DNA of 50,048 nt from a virus. Its lineage: Duplodnaviria; Caudoviricetes. Where the stretch lies: positions 1-50,048 of IMG/VR virus record IMGVR_UViG_3300030330_000961. One strand, written 5' to 3'. A program made the position numbers and the translations under genes. Positions 8,333 through 17,720 of the stretch are shown one piece after another. How positions within the stretch are numbered: the stretch's first letter is position 1; every line of letters begins with the position of its first letter. The notes beneath the pieces were generated by a model. That model worked only from the letters and a program-made list of their open reading frames with translations, was not told where the DNA came from and ran no database searches.

Positions 8333-9118
8333 ATGGCTACTTCAGGTACCCATAACTTTAATTTATCACTGGACACTGTAATACAAGAAGCTTACGAAAG
8401 ACTTGGTGATGCAGCTAAAGGTGGATATGATTTAGTTACAGCTAGACGTTCATTAAATTTATTAATGATTAAATGGATGAATGAAGGAGTAAATTTATTT
8501 ACTTTAGATCTAGAAGACACACAAACAACAGTAAATCAAGATCACATTACATTTTCATCAAGCACTTATTCTGATGTGTTAGATGCAGTTGTAGGTGATG
8601 CTAGTGACACAGATATAGGAGATGTACCATTAGAAAGAATTAGCTATGCAGAATACTTAGCTATTCCTAATAAAGCTACTAAAGGTAAGCCAATACAATA
8701 TACTGTAGAAAGAAACGCACAATATAATTCATCAGGAACTGCAAGTCACAAAGTTTTTTTATGGCCTGTTCCTGACAAAACGTATGTAGAGGGCGGAGTC
8801 ACTAAAAGTGCTTATGTATTTAAAGCATGGATGATAAAATATCCTGATGATGTGGGATGGGCTAGTGCAGCTAGTGGACAAGCAACAGTGGGTGGTCCAT
8901 ACATAGATTATACACAAAACGCACAAATACCTAAAAGACTATTACCAGCATTGATTAGTGGGCTAACAGTAGAGTTAGCTAATAAAATGCCAGGCTCTGT
9001 AGACATACAAAGGCGACAAGAACTTACAGCTATTTATAATGAAGAGTGGCAAAAAGCACAGGAAGAGGACAGAGAACGAGCATCGTTTGTTGTTACCCCA
9101 TCAGTACCTTATATATAA
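8333..9118 (+). CDS. head-tail adaptor / tail tubular-type protein
   Basis: MATSGT..F.L.....I.EAYER.G....GYDL.TARRSLNL...W.N; LWPVPD; AQEEDRER. Confidence 0.7.
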   Translation: MATSGTHNFNLSLDTVIQEAYERLGDAAKGGYDLVTARRSLNLLMIKWMNEGVNLFTLDLEDTQTTVNQDHITFSSSTYSDVLDAVVGDASDTDIGDVPLERISYAEYLAIPNKATKGKPIQYTVERNAQYNSSGTASHKVFLWPVPDKTYVEGGVTKSAYVFKAWMIKYPDDVGWASAASGQATVGGPYIDYTQNAQIPKRLLPALISGLTVELANKMPGSVDIQRRQELTAIYNEEWQKAQEEDRERASFVVTPSVPYI

Positions 9119-9121
9119 ATT

Positions 9122-10111
9122 ATGGCAAGATATACACGAGGAAAACATGCAGTCTTAATGGACGACATCTTTGGTCGCAAGATCAAATATAAAGATGCCA
9201 GGACTCAGTGGGATGGTAAGAGAGTATATAAAGGCGATTTTACTCCTAAACATCCTCAGTTAGAACCTCAGAAGTATATGAAATTAGATGGCACGGATGC
9301 TTTAAAAGATCCACGTCCTGATAATGATGGAGCTAATCAAACTATCACTGTTCAATTAGGATCTTTGCACGGTAAATTTTCTGGACAAATAGCAGTACAG
9401 CCACCACTTGAACCACCACGACTAGGTTTAAGTCTACTTGATACTCCTGTCACAGGACTTGCAGCTACTTCACAATTTAGTCTGCCTGGTAAGAAATCTG
9501 CTGAACCTGTAACAGGTATTGAAATGACATCTGCTAACGGTTCTACAGGGTTATTCTTTAACAGTACTGAGGTTCCTCCTTCACAACTCGCAACTAGTAG
9601 CCAAGGAACAATAGCACTTCTGCAAGCAGAAGAAGCTGACGGACAACAAGCAACATCAGGTCAAGGGTCGGTAACGTTTAGTTCAGCAGATCAACCAGAT
9701 GGTTTAGAAGCAACATCTGCACAAGGCACTGTTGGATTCTTTATAGCACAAGTAGCACCCGTTACTGGTATAGAAATGACCGCTCAACAAGGCACTACAG
9801 AATTCTTACAAGCTGAGCCAGTGTCAGGTATTGAAGCAACATCAGGTGAAGGAACTGCAAATATAGTTTTAAACTTTACTGAAAATGTACCAGGTTTAAG
9901 TATGACTTCTGAGCATGGTGGTCCAGGATTTAGCTTTAATTCTGTGGAAGTACCGCCTGGAATACAAGCAACTTCACAACAAGGAACTATAGCTATTAAC
10001 ACCGCACACCCTGTATCAGGGTTGTCTTCTACTGCTCAACGTGGTACAATAGCTGTAGCATTCCCAGGATATGGTTTAAATCCTTGGGGTCACGGAACAT
10101 GGGGTAACTAA
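9122..10111 (+). CDS. virion protein with about 10 internal repeats
   Basis: PKHPQL...ALKDPRPD N-domain; repeats like PV(T/S)G(I/L)E(M/A)TS.QGT; ends in WG.G.WG. Confidence 0.7.
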   Translation: MARYTRGKHAVLMDDIFGRKIKYKDARTQWDGKRVYKGDFTPKHPQLEPQKYMKLDGTDALKDPRPDNDGANQTITVQLGSLHGKFSGQIAVQPPLEPPRLGLSLLDTPVTGLAATSQFSLPGKKSAEPVTGIEMTSANGSTGLFFNSTEVPPSQLATSSQGTIALLQAEEADGQQATSGQGSVTFSSADQPDGLEATSAQGTVGFFIAQVAPVTGIEMTAQQGTTEFLQAEPVSGIEATSGEGTANIVLNFTENVPGLSMTSEHGGPGFSFNSVEVPPGIQATSQQGTIAINTAHPVSGLSSTAQRGTIAVAFPGYGLNPWGHGTWGN

Positions 10112-10818
10112 TGCAATTTACATACGTACAATTAAAACAAGCAATACAAGATTTTACAGAGAACGACTCTACTGAATTAACTACAGCAACAGGATCAGGC
10201 ATTGCTCCTATAGATGTAATTATAGGTTTAGCTGAAGAGCGAATGTATAAAGAGGTAGATTTTACCAATGCTCAATTTACTACTACTTTGACCTTATCAG
10301 CTAACACAAATACAGTTGCTGTTCCTCAAGATTTAATATTTGTAAGATGGATTAGAACATCTAACGGGGACTGGGTATATCAAAAAGATGAATCATTTAT
10401 ACGAGAATATTGGCGTGCCCCCGCTACCACATCAGGAGACGATCCAGCTTATTATGCTTTTAGTAAGACCAATAAGAGCTATACGTCTTCAAACAGACAT
10501 ACAAATTTCTTATTTGCACCAACTCCATCGGTTGACAAAACCTTAGAGATCAGTTATAATATACAACCAACAGGTCTATCATCTACACAAGCAAATACCT
10601 ATTTAGGAGATTACTGTGGAGATGCTTTACTATATGCTTGCTTGTTGGAGTCGGGTAACTTTATGAAAGTTGACCAGGGGCAGATGACAAGATGGCAGCA
10701 ACTATATGAAAGAGCTGTCCAAACACTAGCTACTGAAGAGCAAGTAAGAATGCGCAATTCTACTCTATTACAGGGTGAATTAAATGAAATGCAACGAACA
10801 ACTAAAAATAGATACTAA
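10111..10818 (+). CDS. head-tail adaptor-type protein
   Basis: TY.QLKQAIQDFTEN, AEER, KDESFIREYW, APTP, LLYACL.E; position. Confidence 0.7.
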   Translation: MQFTYVQLKQAIQDFTENDSTELTTATGSGIAPIDVIIGLAEERMYKEVDFTNAQFTTTLTLSANTNTVAVPQDLIFVRWIRTSNGDWVYQKDESFIREYWRAPATTSGDDPAYYAFSKTNKSYTSSNRHTNFLFAPTPSVDKTLEISYNIQPTGLSSTQANTYLGDYCGDALLYACLLESGNFMKVDQGQMTRWQQLYERAVQTLATEEQVRMRNSTLLQGELNEMQRTTKNRY

Positions 10819-10831
10819 AAGGAGAATCTAA

Positions 10832-11293
10832 ATGGCAATTACATCAGCAATAGCAACTAGCTTTAAAGTTGAAATTTTAAAAGGTGTCCATAACTTTACT
10901 AACAGTTCTGGAAATACTTTTAAAATAGCTCTAATTAAAGCAAACGCTTCGCAAACAGGTACTTACGGTGCTGCCACAACTTCTTACACTACTGTAACTG
11001 GTAATTCAGATGAGCTTCCTAATGGTAACGGTTATGCTACAGGGGGTGTTACACTAGTGAACACCACTCCATCATCATCTGGTACTACAGCTCACTTAAC
11101 GTTTACAAACAACGCAACATGGACATCAGCTACATTTACTACAAGAGGTTGCATAATTTATAACGATTCAGCTACTGGTGATCCAGCAGTTATGGTTATT
11201 GATTTTGGAGCAGACTATTCCGTAGCAGGTGGTACATTCGAAGTACAATGGCCTACTAACGATGCGTCAAATGCAATTTTAAGAATAGCATAA
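10832..11293 (+). CDS. tail-associated structural protein
   Basis: TSFK.E.L...HNF.....TFKIAL, GY..GG.TL, GCIIYN, VIDFG.D....GTF, AILRIA. Confidence 0.7.
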   Translation: MAITSAIATSFKVEILKGVHNFTNSSGNTFKIALIKANASQTGTYGAATTSYTTVTGNSDELPNGNGYATGGVTLVNTTPSSSGTTAHLTFTNNATWTSATFTTRGCIIYNDSATGDPAVMVIDFGADYSVAGGTFEVQWPTNDASNAILRIA

Positions 11294-11304
11294 GGAGTTA
11301 AATT

Positions 11305-12840
11305 ATGGCATCAACTTGGTCAAATTTAGGTTTGCGTTTAATGGCTACAGGTGAAAATGATAACACCTGGGGCGCACAGACTAATGATAACTGGAATAGA
11401 ATGGAAGATTCTACAGACGGTTATATATCTGTCGCACTAAGCTCGACAACACATACTGCAACATTTACTACACAACCGACATCTTACGCTTCTGAAGAAG
11501 GAAGAAAACGTGTCATCAATTATACAGGTTCTCCAGGGGGCACGTGTACGGTAACACTTCCTAATATTGAAAAGGTGTTTGTGGTTAGAAATAATACTGA
11601 CCAGTCATTAATATTTACTGCAGGAACAGGAGCACAAACAGTTACTCTTGCGTCTGGCTTTGATGCTCAAATTTATGTAGATGGATCTGATGAAGTTCAC
11701 AATTGTTTTGATGCACTGTCAAATGCTGTCCCTACAACTTCACAAGTAGTTACAGCATTATCAGGAGCTACACTAACAGGTGCTCTTACTATTGATAATG
11801 ATCTTACACTACAAGGAGCAGCAGCTAATATAGTATTTGATGAGTCTGACAATGCTTTAGAATTTGCGGATAATGCAAAAGCAAGATTTGGTACTGGAAA
11901 CGATTTAGAAATTTATCATGATGGTAGTAATAGTTTTATTTCAGATGAAGGTACTGGAGTATTAGCAGTTACTACTAACGGTACTGCAATACAATTAAAT
12001 GCTGCTGGTGAACAAATGGCTGCATTTAATAAAGATGATGCAGTAGAGCTTTATTACGATAACGCAAAAAAATTAGAAACTTATGCGTCAGGTGTACAAG
12101 TAACTGGAAATTGTTGGCTCAATCAAGACAATGGAATACTTGCAGTTGGAGCAGGCACAGACCTTCAAATAAAACATGATGGTACAGATAATATTATTGA
12201 CAACCATGCTGCTGATTTACACATAAAACATGGTTCAGAGTTTCAAGCAAAATTTATTAATGATGGTGCAGTAGAACTTTTTCACAATAATGTTCATATG
12301 TTTTCTACTACATCTCAAGGGGTTCAAGTTGAAGCTGACAGAAGAATAGAAATCGTTAATGGCACTAACTGGTCAGGGGAACAAGTTGGAAAAATAGAAC
12401 AGCATTCTGATAGCATGTATCACCAGTATAACACTAGTTGGATTGCAAGAAATTCAAGTGGTAATAATATGTTCGTTCTTGATAGCTCGGGAAATGGTAC
12501 TTTTAACGCCAACGTCACAGCCTTCTCCGACTACCGTATAAAAGAAGATATTAAAACAATTGACAATGCACTAGACAAAGTTTCCAAACTTAGAGGTGTT
12601 GAATACACAAGAAAAGAAACAAAAGCTAGAGAGATTGGTGTTATTGCTCAAGAGGTAAAAGAAATCGTACCAGAGCTAGTAAATATAGAAAATACTAAAT
12701 CAGATATTAACCCAGAAGGTCTTGAAGATTTACACACAATGAAATATCAAAATACTGTTGGTTTACTTATAGAGGCAATCAAAGATTTAAAAGAGGATTT
12801 GGATAATCATAAAAAGCATTGTACTTGTGGAGATAAATAA
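11305..12840 (+). CDS. tail fibre with C-terminal intramolecular chaperone (peptidase S74)
   Basis: TGENDNTWG..TN.N N-terminus; DL.IYHDG and AVELY/F.DN repeats; SDYRIKEDIKTIDNALDKVSKLRGVEY...GVIAQE. Confidence 0.9.
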   Translation: MASTWSNLGLRLMATGENDNTWGAQTNDNWNRMEDSTDGYISVALSSTTHTATFTTQPTSYASEEGRKRVINYTGSPGGTCTVTLPNIEKVFVVRNNTDQSLIFTAGTGAQTVTLASGFDAQIYVDGSDEVHNCFDALSNAVPTTSQVVTALSGATLTGALTIDNDLTLQGAAANIVFDESDNALEFADNAKARFGTGNDLEIYHDGSNSFISDEGTGVLAVTTNGTAIQLNAAGEQMAAFNKDDAVELYYDNAKKLETYASGVQVTGNCWLNQDNGILAVGAGTDLQIKHDGTDNIIDNHAADLHIKHGSEFQAKFINDGAVELFHNNVHMFSTTSQGVQVEADRRIEIVNGTNWSGEQVGKIEQHSDSMYHQYNTSWIARNSSGNNMFVLDSSGNGTFNANVTAFSDYRIKEDIKTIDNALDKVSKLRGVEYTRKETKAREIGVIAQEVKEIVPELVNIENTKSDINPEGLEDLHTMKYQNTVGLLIEAIKDLKEDLDNHKKHCTCGDK

Positions 12841-13460
12841 TGACATTACCTTCATCTGGGGCAATATCAATTAACTCACTCGTTGGAGAATACGGAGGGT
12901 CTGCTCCTCATGCATTGAGTGAATATTATAAAGGTGGTGGCCTTGTACTTAATCATGCTAACAATGCAAACGTACCAACTTCAGGAACGATAGATTTAGC
13001 AGACTTTTATGGGCAAAGCAATACAAACCCAGCAGTTACACAGTACAACTATACTATGACTTGTGGAGGAGGCACTCCTGTAGGCGATACAGGATTTGAT
13101 ACTGCTGGCGCTACACATGGTACGAGCCCACAAAATTTTGGGTCACTTAGTAATAACCCACAATCAGGAAGCACTTTTGCAAGTGGTTTTAATCCTACAA
13201 TTGTTTCTTGGCAAACAGTTCTAGCAGGTGGCAAGGCACCCACAACTAGCCTTATCTTTGAAGTCGCAGGTGCTTTTGCAAATAGTGGTTGGACAAGTCT
13301 ATTCATGAGCTCAAGCGTCATTTTTTCAGGTACTGCCCAAACTATGACTAGAGCTTCTGCTAGTTATACTCAGTTGGGTAGTAATACTGTTTGGAGATGG
13401 AACAATATTATTTTTGCTTTTGGCAATGGGCAATCTGGAACTGTGAGTATTAACGCATGA
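12840..13460 (+). CDS. tail-fibre-associated adhesin-like protein
   Basis: LPSSGAIS...EYGG..P..LSEYY...VPTSGTI...DFYG N-terminus; Gly/Ser/Thr-rich C-domain. Confidence 0.65.
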   Translation: MTLPSSGAISINSLVGEYGGSAPHALSEYYKGGGLVLNHANNANVPTSGTIDLADFYGQSNTNPAVTQYNYTMTCGGGTPVGDTGFDTAGATHGTSPQNFGSLSNNPQSGSTFASGFNPTIVSWQTVLAGGKAPTTSLIFEVAGAFANSGWTSLFMSSSVIFSGTAQTMTRASASYTQLGSNTVWRWNNIIFAFGNGQSGTVSINA

Positions 13461-13801
13461 TTTTAGAATACGAAAAAAAACAGTCTATCGCTGTAGAAAA
13501 CGGGTGTGAACACGTAGTTAATGGTGTTATTCGTTTTGATGATTTAATACGAACTGATTATACACCTACAAACTTTTCAGCAGAGCCTAAAAACTTTTTA
13601 TTAAGAGATGGTCATATTGATTGGGATAAAAAACATTTAGATTTTGAATTAAATATGCACGAGGAATGGCTTGAAGAACTTGGGTATGATACAGAAGAAT
13701 ATTATGTCGATTTTAGTTCTCACAAAATTAAAAAAAAGAACCCATCAGTAGATGAAATGGTTATGAATGATGTTGAACAAACCGAGAGCATAAAGATATG
13801 A
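13457..13801 (+). CDS. hypothetical protein
   Basis: Acidic ORF with ATGA overlaps at both ends. Confidence 0.6.
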   Translation: MILEYEKKQSIAVENGCEHVVNGVIRFDDLIRTDYTPTNFSAEPKNFLLRDGHIDWDKKHLDFELNMHEEWLEELGYDTEEYYVDFSSHKIKKKNPSVDEMVMNDVEQTESIKI

Positions 13802-14514
13802 CAATTAATTTTACAAATGATTTTAAATTTATTGAACAGCTTGACGATAGTTTACAGTTGTCTTTTGTTTACCATGAACACAATCCAGAAAAAAATAAAA
13901 CTGGAGCATTGATGCAACGTGACTCTAAAGAAGACAGAGTTCACATGGATTTAAAAACAGTGCACCCTGATAGTGACAAGATATGTGTCAATGGCATGAC
14001 ATATATTCTTATTAAAGGAAAGATAAGAGCTACTTGGAAGTGGACTGATGAAGATGGTATTACTGAAGATGATATAAATGTATTCAAAAGCTATCACGAA
14101 AACCTAACGTGTTCTTCCATATTTGAAATAAATTATGATATGAATGCGAAAGAATTTACAATTGATATTGACTACAAACCTACCTTTACAGAATGGGAAG
14201 ATCAGCCGTGTATTTATGATATTGACAGCTATTTTGCTAGCATTGAGTTTTTATCTGATGACGTAGAGCTTTTATGCGTAATGAGAAAAAATAATGTTAC
14301 GGACTGGCAAGTTAAACAAACAGACTTGTTACCTGATCAAGAAATAACAGTTGATAAATCAGGAACTGATTGTTATGTTATAAATACTAATGACATTTTA
14401 ATTAATGATACAGTTGCATATGAAAGAATAAAAGGTGTTATGCTTACAAATGATTCAGCCAAATATAAAAACACAAGCTCATCACCACAAAAAATATTGA
14501 AGTTTTATAAATGA
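13798..14514 (+). CDS. hypothetical protein
   Basis: 238-aa ORF coupled to both neighbours. Confidence 0.65.
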   Translation: MTINFTNDFKFIEQLDDSLQLSFVYHEHNPEKNKTGALMQRDSKEDRVHMDLKTVHPDSDKICVNGMTYILIKGKIRATWKWTDEDGITEDDINVFKSYHENLTCSSIFEINYDMNAKEFTIDIDYKPTFTEWEDQPCIYDIDSYFASIEFLSDDVELLCVMRKNNVTDWQVKQTDLLPDQEITVDKSGTDCYVINTNDILINDTVAYERIKGVMLTNDSAKYKNTSSSPQKILKFYK

Positions 14515-15215
14515 AATATATAAAGTTTTTATTTTACTATTTAAAAAGTAAAAATGTAGAGACAAATCCAAGTGTAGATGTCTTGTTAGAAATAATTAAA
14601 GAGCTAGATAACAAGTCAGATAAAATAAATATTGCTAAGTTTGAAAAACATCCTATTGCAAAAAAATTATATAAGGAAGAACAACATTTATTAGATTACA
14701 TAAATACACATGACTTTGAAGAAAATACATTTGGTTATGATTTAAAAGCATTTTGGTCAGAGCAGAGTGTAGATCTATTAAAAGAATATGCATCAAAAGT
14801 AAAACATAAAAACAAAGACAGAAAAAGATTTGGTGATTTATTTTGGATTCAACATGATATTATGCATTTCTTAAATGGTTATAATACAACACCTTTAGCA
14901 GAAGTTGCTGTCTTATCGTTTACTTTAGCTCAAGAAAAAAGATCTAGCTTTGTATTATTTATTTTAGCAGGATGGATTATTTCTTTTAAACACGGATTTA
15001 TAAATGCAATAAGATATCCACGCATATGTTGGGAAGCATACAGAAGAGGTAAACAGTCAGAATGGTTTATGACTATCGATTGGAAAGAACATTTAAATAA
15101 AACAACCAACGAAGTTAAAAAGTTAGTAAATTTAGAGGAAGAACCAAAATTTTGGAATAAATTTTTAAATGAGTATATGCGTTTACATAATCATTTAAAA
15201 AAGAAAGCTGCGTAA
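14511..15215 (+). CDS. Coq4-like protein
   Basis: ENTFG....F...HDIMHFLNGYNTTPLAEVAVLSF..AQ matches HDxxH-x11-E; C-terminal AY.RG.......DW...L......K. Confidence 0.7.
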   Translation: MKYIKFLFYYLKSKNVETNPSVDVLLEIIKELDNKSDKINIAKFEKHPIAKKLYKEEQHLLDYINTHDFEENTFGYDLKAFWSEQSVDLLKEYASKVKHKNKDRKRFGDLFWIQHDIMHFLNGYNTTPLAEVAVLSFTLAQEKRSSFVLFILAGWIISFKHGFINAIRYPRICWEAYRRGKQSEWFMTIDWKEHLNKTTNEVKKLVNLEEEPKFWNKFLNEYMRLHNHLKKKAA

Positions 15216-17152
15216 TGGGAACACTATTAAAACTATCACCACCATCTCCTGGTATAGTAACTGAAGTTTCAGACTATCAGGCACAAATGAGATACACTGA
15301 CGGTGATTTAATTAGATTTAGAAATACTTTTCCTGAAAAGATTGGTGGATGGGAAGAAAGAACCGCATCTGTTGGCGCAACTATTAATGGAACTATTCGT
15401 TCCATACTGTCTGGTATTACTGATGCAGGACAACGATGGGCTATGTATGGAACTAACACTCACGTATATTTAGAAAATGGGCAAGCGATACATGATGTCA
15501 CACCATTTAGAACAGCAACTAATACACTAACAAATCCTTTCACAACAGGCAGTGCAGGCACAAATACTATAACTGTAACATGGGCTTCACATGGCATAAG
15601 ATCCACTAGTCCTCCATCAAGAGTAATTTTTTCTAGTATAGCAAGTGGAACAGTAGATGGGGTGACAATAGCTGTAGGTGAATATTTTGCCACAGTTGTT
15701 AATACTAATACATTTACCATAACTCCTGTTGCAGGAACAGGGGCATCAATATCAGGCACTGCTAGTTCTGGTTCTACAACTGGTGGTGGTTCTGTAGATA
15801 TTAGGGCATTAACAAACAATGGTCCTGATGATAGTACCTTGGGTTTTGGTTGGGGTGCGGGCACTTATGGACTTAGTACATGGAACACGGCTAGAAGCAC
15901 GGGAATTACACAAGACACTAGAGTATGGTCTTTTGATTTATTTGGAGAAGACATTGTAGGATCCACTGGAGATGGTACAGAAGAAATATATTATTGGGAT
16001 GTGACTAATCTTACGTCAAGAGGTGTTACTCTTTCCCAATATGTTGCAAGCATAGGTTTACCTACTACTGGAATTCCTCAAAAGGTTGGAAGAGTATTAG
16101 TATCTACACCTGACAGACATCTAATTGCTTTTGGTTGTGAACCTGAAGGTAGTTCTGATTTTGATCCATTAACAGTTAGATTTGCTTCTCAAGAAACTTT
16201 AAACATATGGAATGCTGACGAATTAAATTCTGCAGGTGATCAAAGATTAGGAACAGGTTCTACAATAGCAGCAGTTAGAAAGTCAAAAGGACAAATGTTA
16301 ATATGGACAGATCAAGATCTTTATGGTATGCAGTTTATTGGACCACCGTTTACCTTTTCATTTAATCAGCTAGGAACAAGATCAGGAGCTTTATCTATAA
16401 ACTCCGTATCAACAGTAGAGGGTGTAGCCTATTGGATTGGTGAAAACAATTTCTATGTATACGATGGATCAATTAAAGTATTACCATGTCCAGTACATAA
16501 TCTCATATATGGTGGTTTAAGACCTGATTCTAATATAAAAGAAAAAATTAGCATGCTACAATCACAGAAAGTATTTTCTGCACAGGTAGCAAAATATAAT
16601 GAAATATGGTGGTTTTATGGAGCTGATGTTACTAATATAGACACAGGTGTTACAACTATAGCAACAGATATTAATAGATATGTAATTTATAACTACGTTG
16701 ATCAGACTTGGTCAATAGGACAAGCATTAAATAGAACAGCTTGGGAAGATAGCGATGTATTTGATACTCCAATAGCTGCAGATATAAATGGAGATATTTT
16801 TAATCAAGAAACAGGATTCAATAACAATGGATCTGCAATGACTTCATTTATACAAACAGGATATTTTAACGGAGATCAGAACGGAGATCAAGTTTTCTTT
16901 ATGGATAGAATAATACCTGACACAACTTTTGCAGCAGGCAATACTATTAAAACTGAAATAAATACTAAGAGATATCCAAACGACGCTAATGTTATAACTA
17001 AGGGTCCTTTCTCAATAACTTCTACTCAAGGTAAATTAGATTTTAGAAGTAGAGGCAGAGCATTCCAGGTTAAAATATTTAGTGATGCAGTTGATACTCA
17101 ATGGCGTTTAGGAACTTGGCGTGTTCGTGGGCAACCAGATGGGACAAGATAA
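15215..17152 (+). CDS. tail nozzle / stabilisation protein
   Basis: RF....PEKIGGW, WSFDLFGED, VSTPDRH, RFASQE, AGDQRL, WTD, EIWWFY, W.LG......PDG.R; propeller-like, in the podovirus position. Confidence 0.75.
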   Translation: MGTLLKLSPPSPGIVTEVSDYQAQMRYTDGDLIRFRNTFPEKIGGWEERTASVGATINGTIRSILSGITDAGQRWAMYGTNTHVYLENGQAIHDVTPFRTATNTLTNPFTTGSAGTNTITVTWASHGIRSTSPPSRVIFSSIASGTVDGVTIAVGEYFATVVNTNTFTITPVAGTGASISGTASSGSTTGGGSVDIRALTNNGPDDSTLGFGWGAGTYGLSTWNTARSTGITQDTRVWSFDLFGEDIVGSTGDGTEEIYYWDVTNLTSRGVTLSQYVASIGLPTTGIPQKVGRVLVSTPDRHLIAFGCEPEGSSDFDPLTVRFASQETLNIWNADELNSAGDQRLGTGSTIAAVRKSKGQMLIWTDQDLYGMQFIGPPFTFSFNQLGTRSGALSINSVSTVEGVAYWIGENNFYVYDGSIKVLPCPVHNLIYGGLRPDSNIKEKISMLQSQKVFSAQVAKYNEIWWFYGADVTNIDTGVTTIATDINRYVIYNYVDQTWSIGQALNRTAWEDSDVFDTPIAADINGDIFNQETGFNNNGSAMTSFIQTGYFNGDQNGDQVFFMDRIIPDTTFAAGNTIKTEINTKRYPNDANVITKGPFSITSTQGKLDFRSRGRAFQVKIFSDAVDTQWRLGTWRVRGQPDGTR

Positions 17153-17340
17153 TGAGTTTATATAGTAAAGGAATATACCCACAATTAACCGAAGAAGAAA
17201 GAGTAAATAAAACTATTCTTGCTAGAACGTATGATGCTTTAATACAAGCATTAACACTAAGAGACAATTCTCTAAGCCCAATACCAAGACGTTTAGCAGA
17301 TGATACAGAACAAAAATCTATGAATTGGTTTTTAGGATAA
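17152..17340 (+). CDS. small tail-region protein
   Basis: Start reset to ATG 17152 (TAATG coupling); ends in NWFLG. Confidence 0.6.
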   Translation: MSLYSKGIYPQLTEEERVNKTILARTYDALIQALTLRDNSLSPIPRRLADDTEQKSMNWFLG

Positions 17341-17675
17341 TGGCAATAAAATATGAAATAGTAGGAAAATCTTTAACGTCTACTTCACAGACTAGTTTAT
17401 TGACAGCTCCTGCTAAACAACAATTAATAATAAAATCTATTAGGGTTTCAACTATGGGAGTATTTACTCCTTCAGTGACCTTTGAAGTAACAGACAGTTC
17501 AGCGTCTGCAACATACACAATTGAACGATTAAAAGTATTAGTGGGGAATCAAACTATAGAGTTATTAACTCACCCGTTGATATTAGAAGAATCAGATATA
17601 TTGAAAGTAACTTCTACTTCCACAGATCAGCTAGATATTGTAATCAGCTATATGGCAGTAGCTCAAAATGAATAA
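17340..17675 (+). CDS. virion structural protein
   Basis: TAATG coupling; IIKSI.V...ELLT.PLILEESD.LKV. Confidence 0.65.
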   Translation: MAIKYEIVGKSLTSTSQTSLLTAPAKQQLIIKSIRVSTMGVFTPSVTFEVTDSSASATYTIERLKVLVGNQTIELLTHPLILEESDILKVTSTSTDQLDIVISYMAVAQNE

Positions 17676-17685
17676 GGGTGCCCCC

Positions 17686-17714
17686 TTGCAAATAGGGGAC
17701 ATATAAGGTATAAT
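17686..17714 (+). promoter_or_regulatory. sigma70-type promoter for the ejection-protein operon
   Basis: TTGCAA-17 nt-TATAAT. Confidence 0.7.
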
Positions 17715-17720
17715 ATAACA

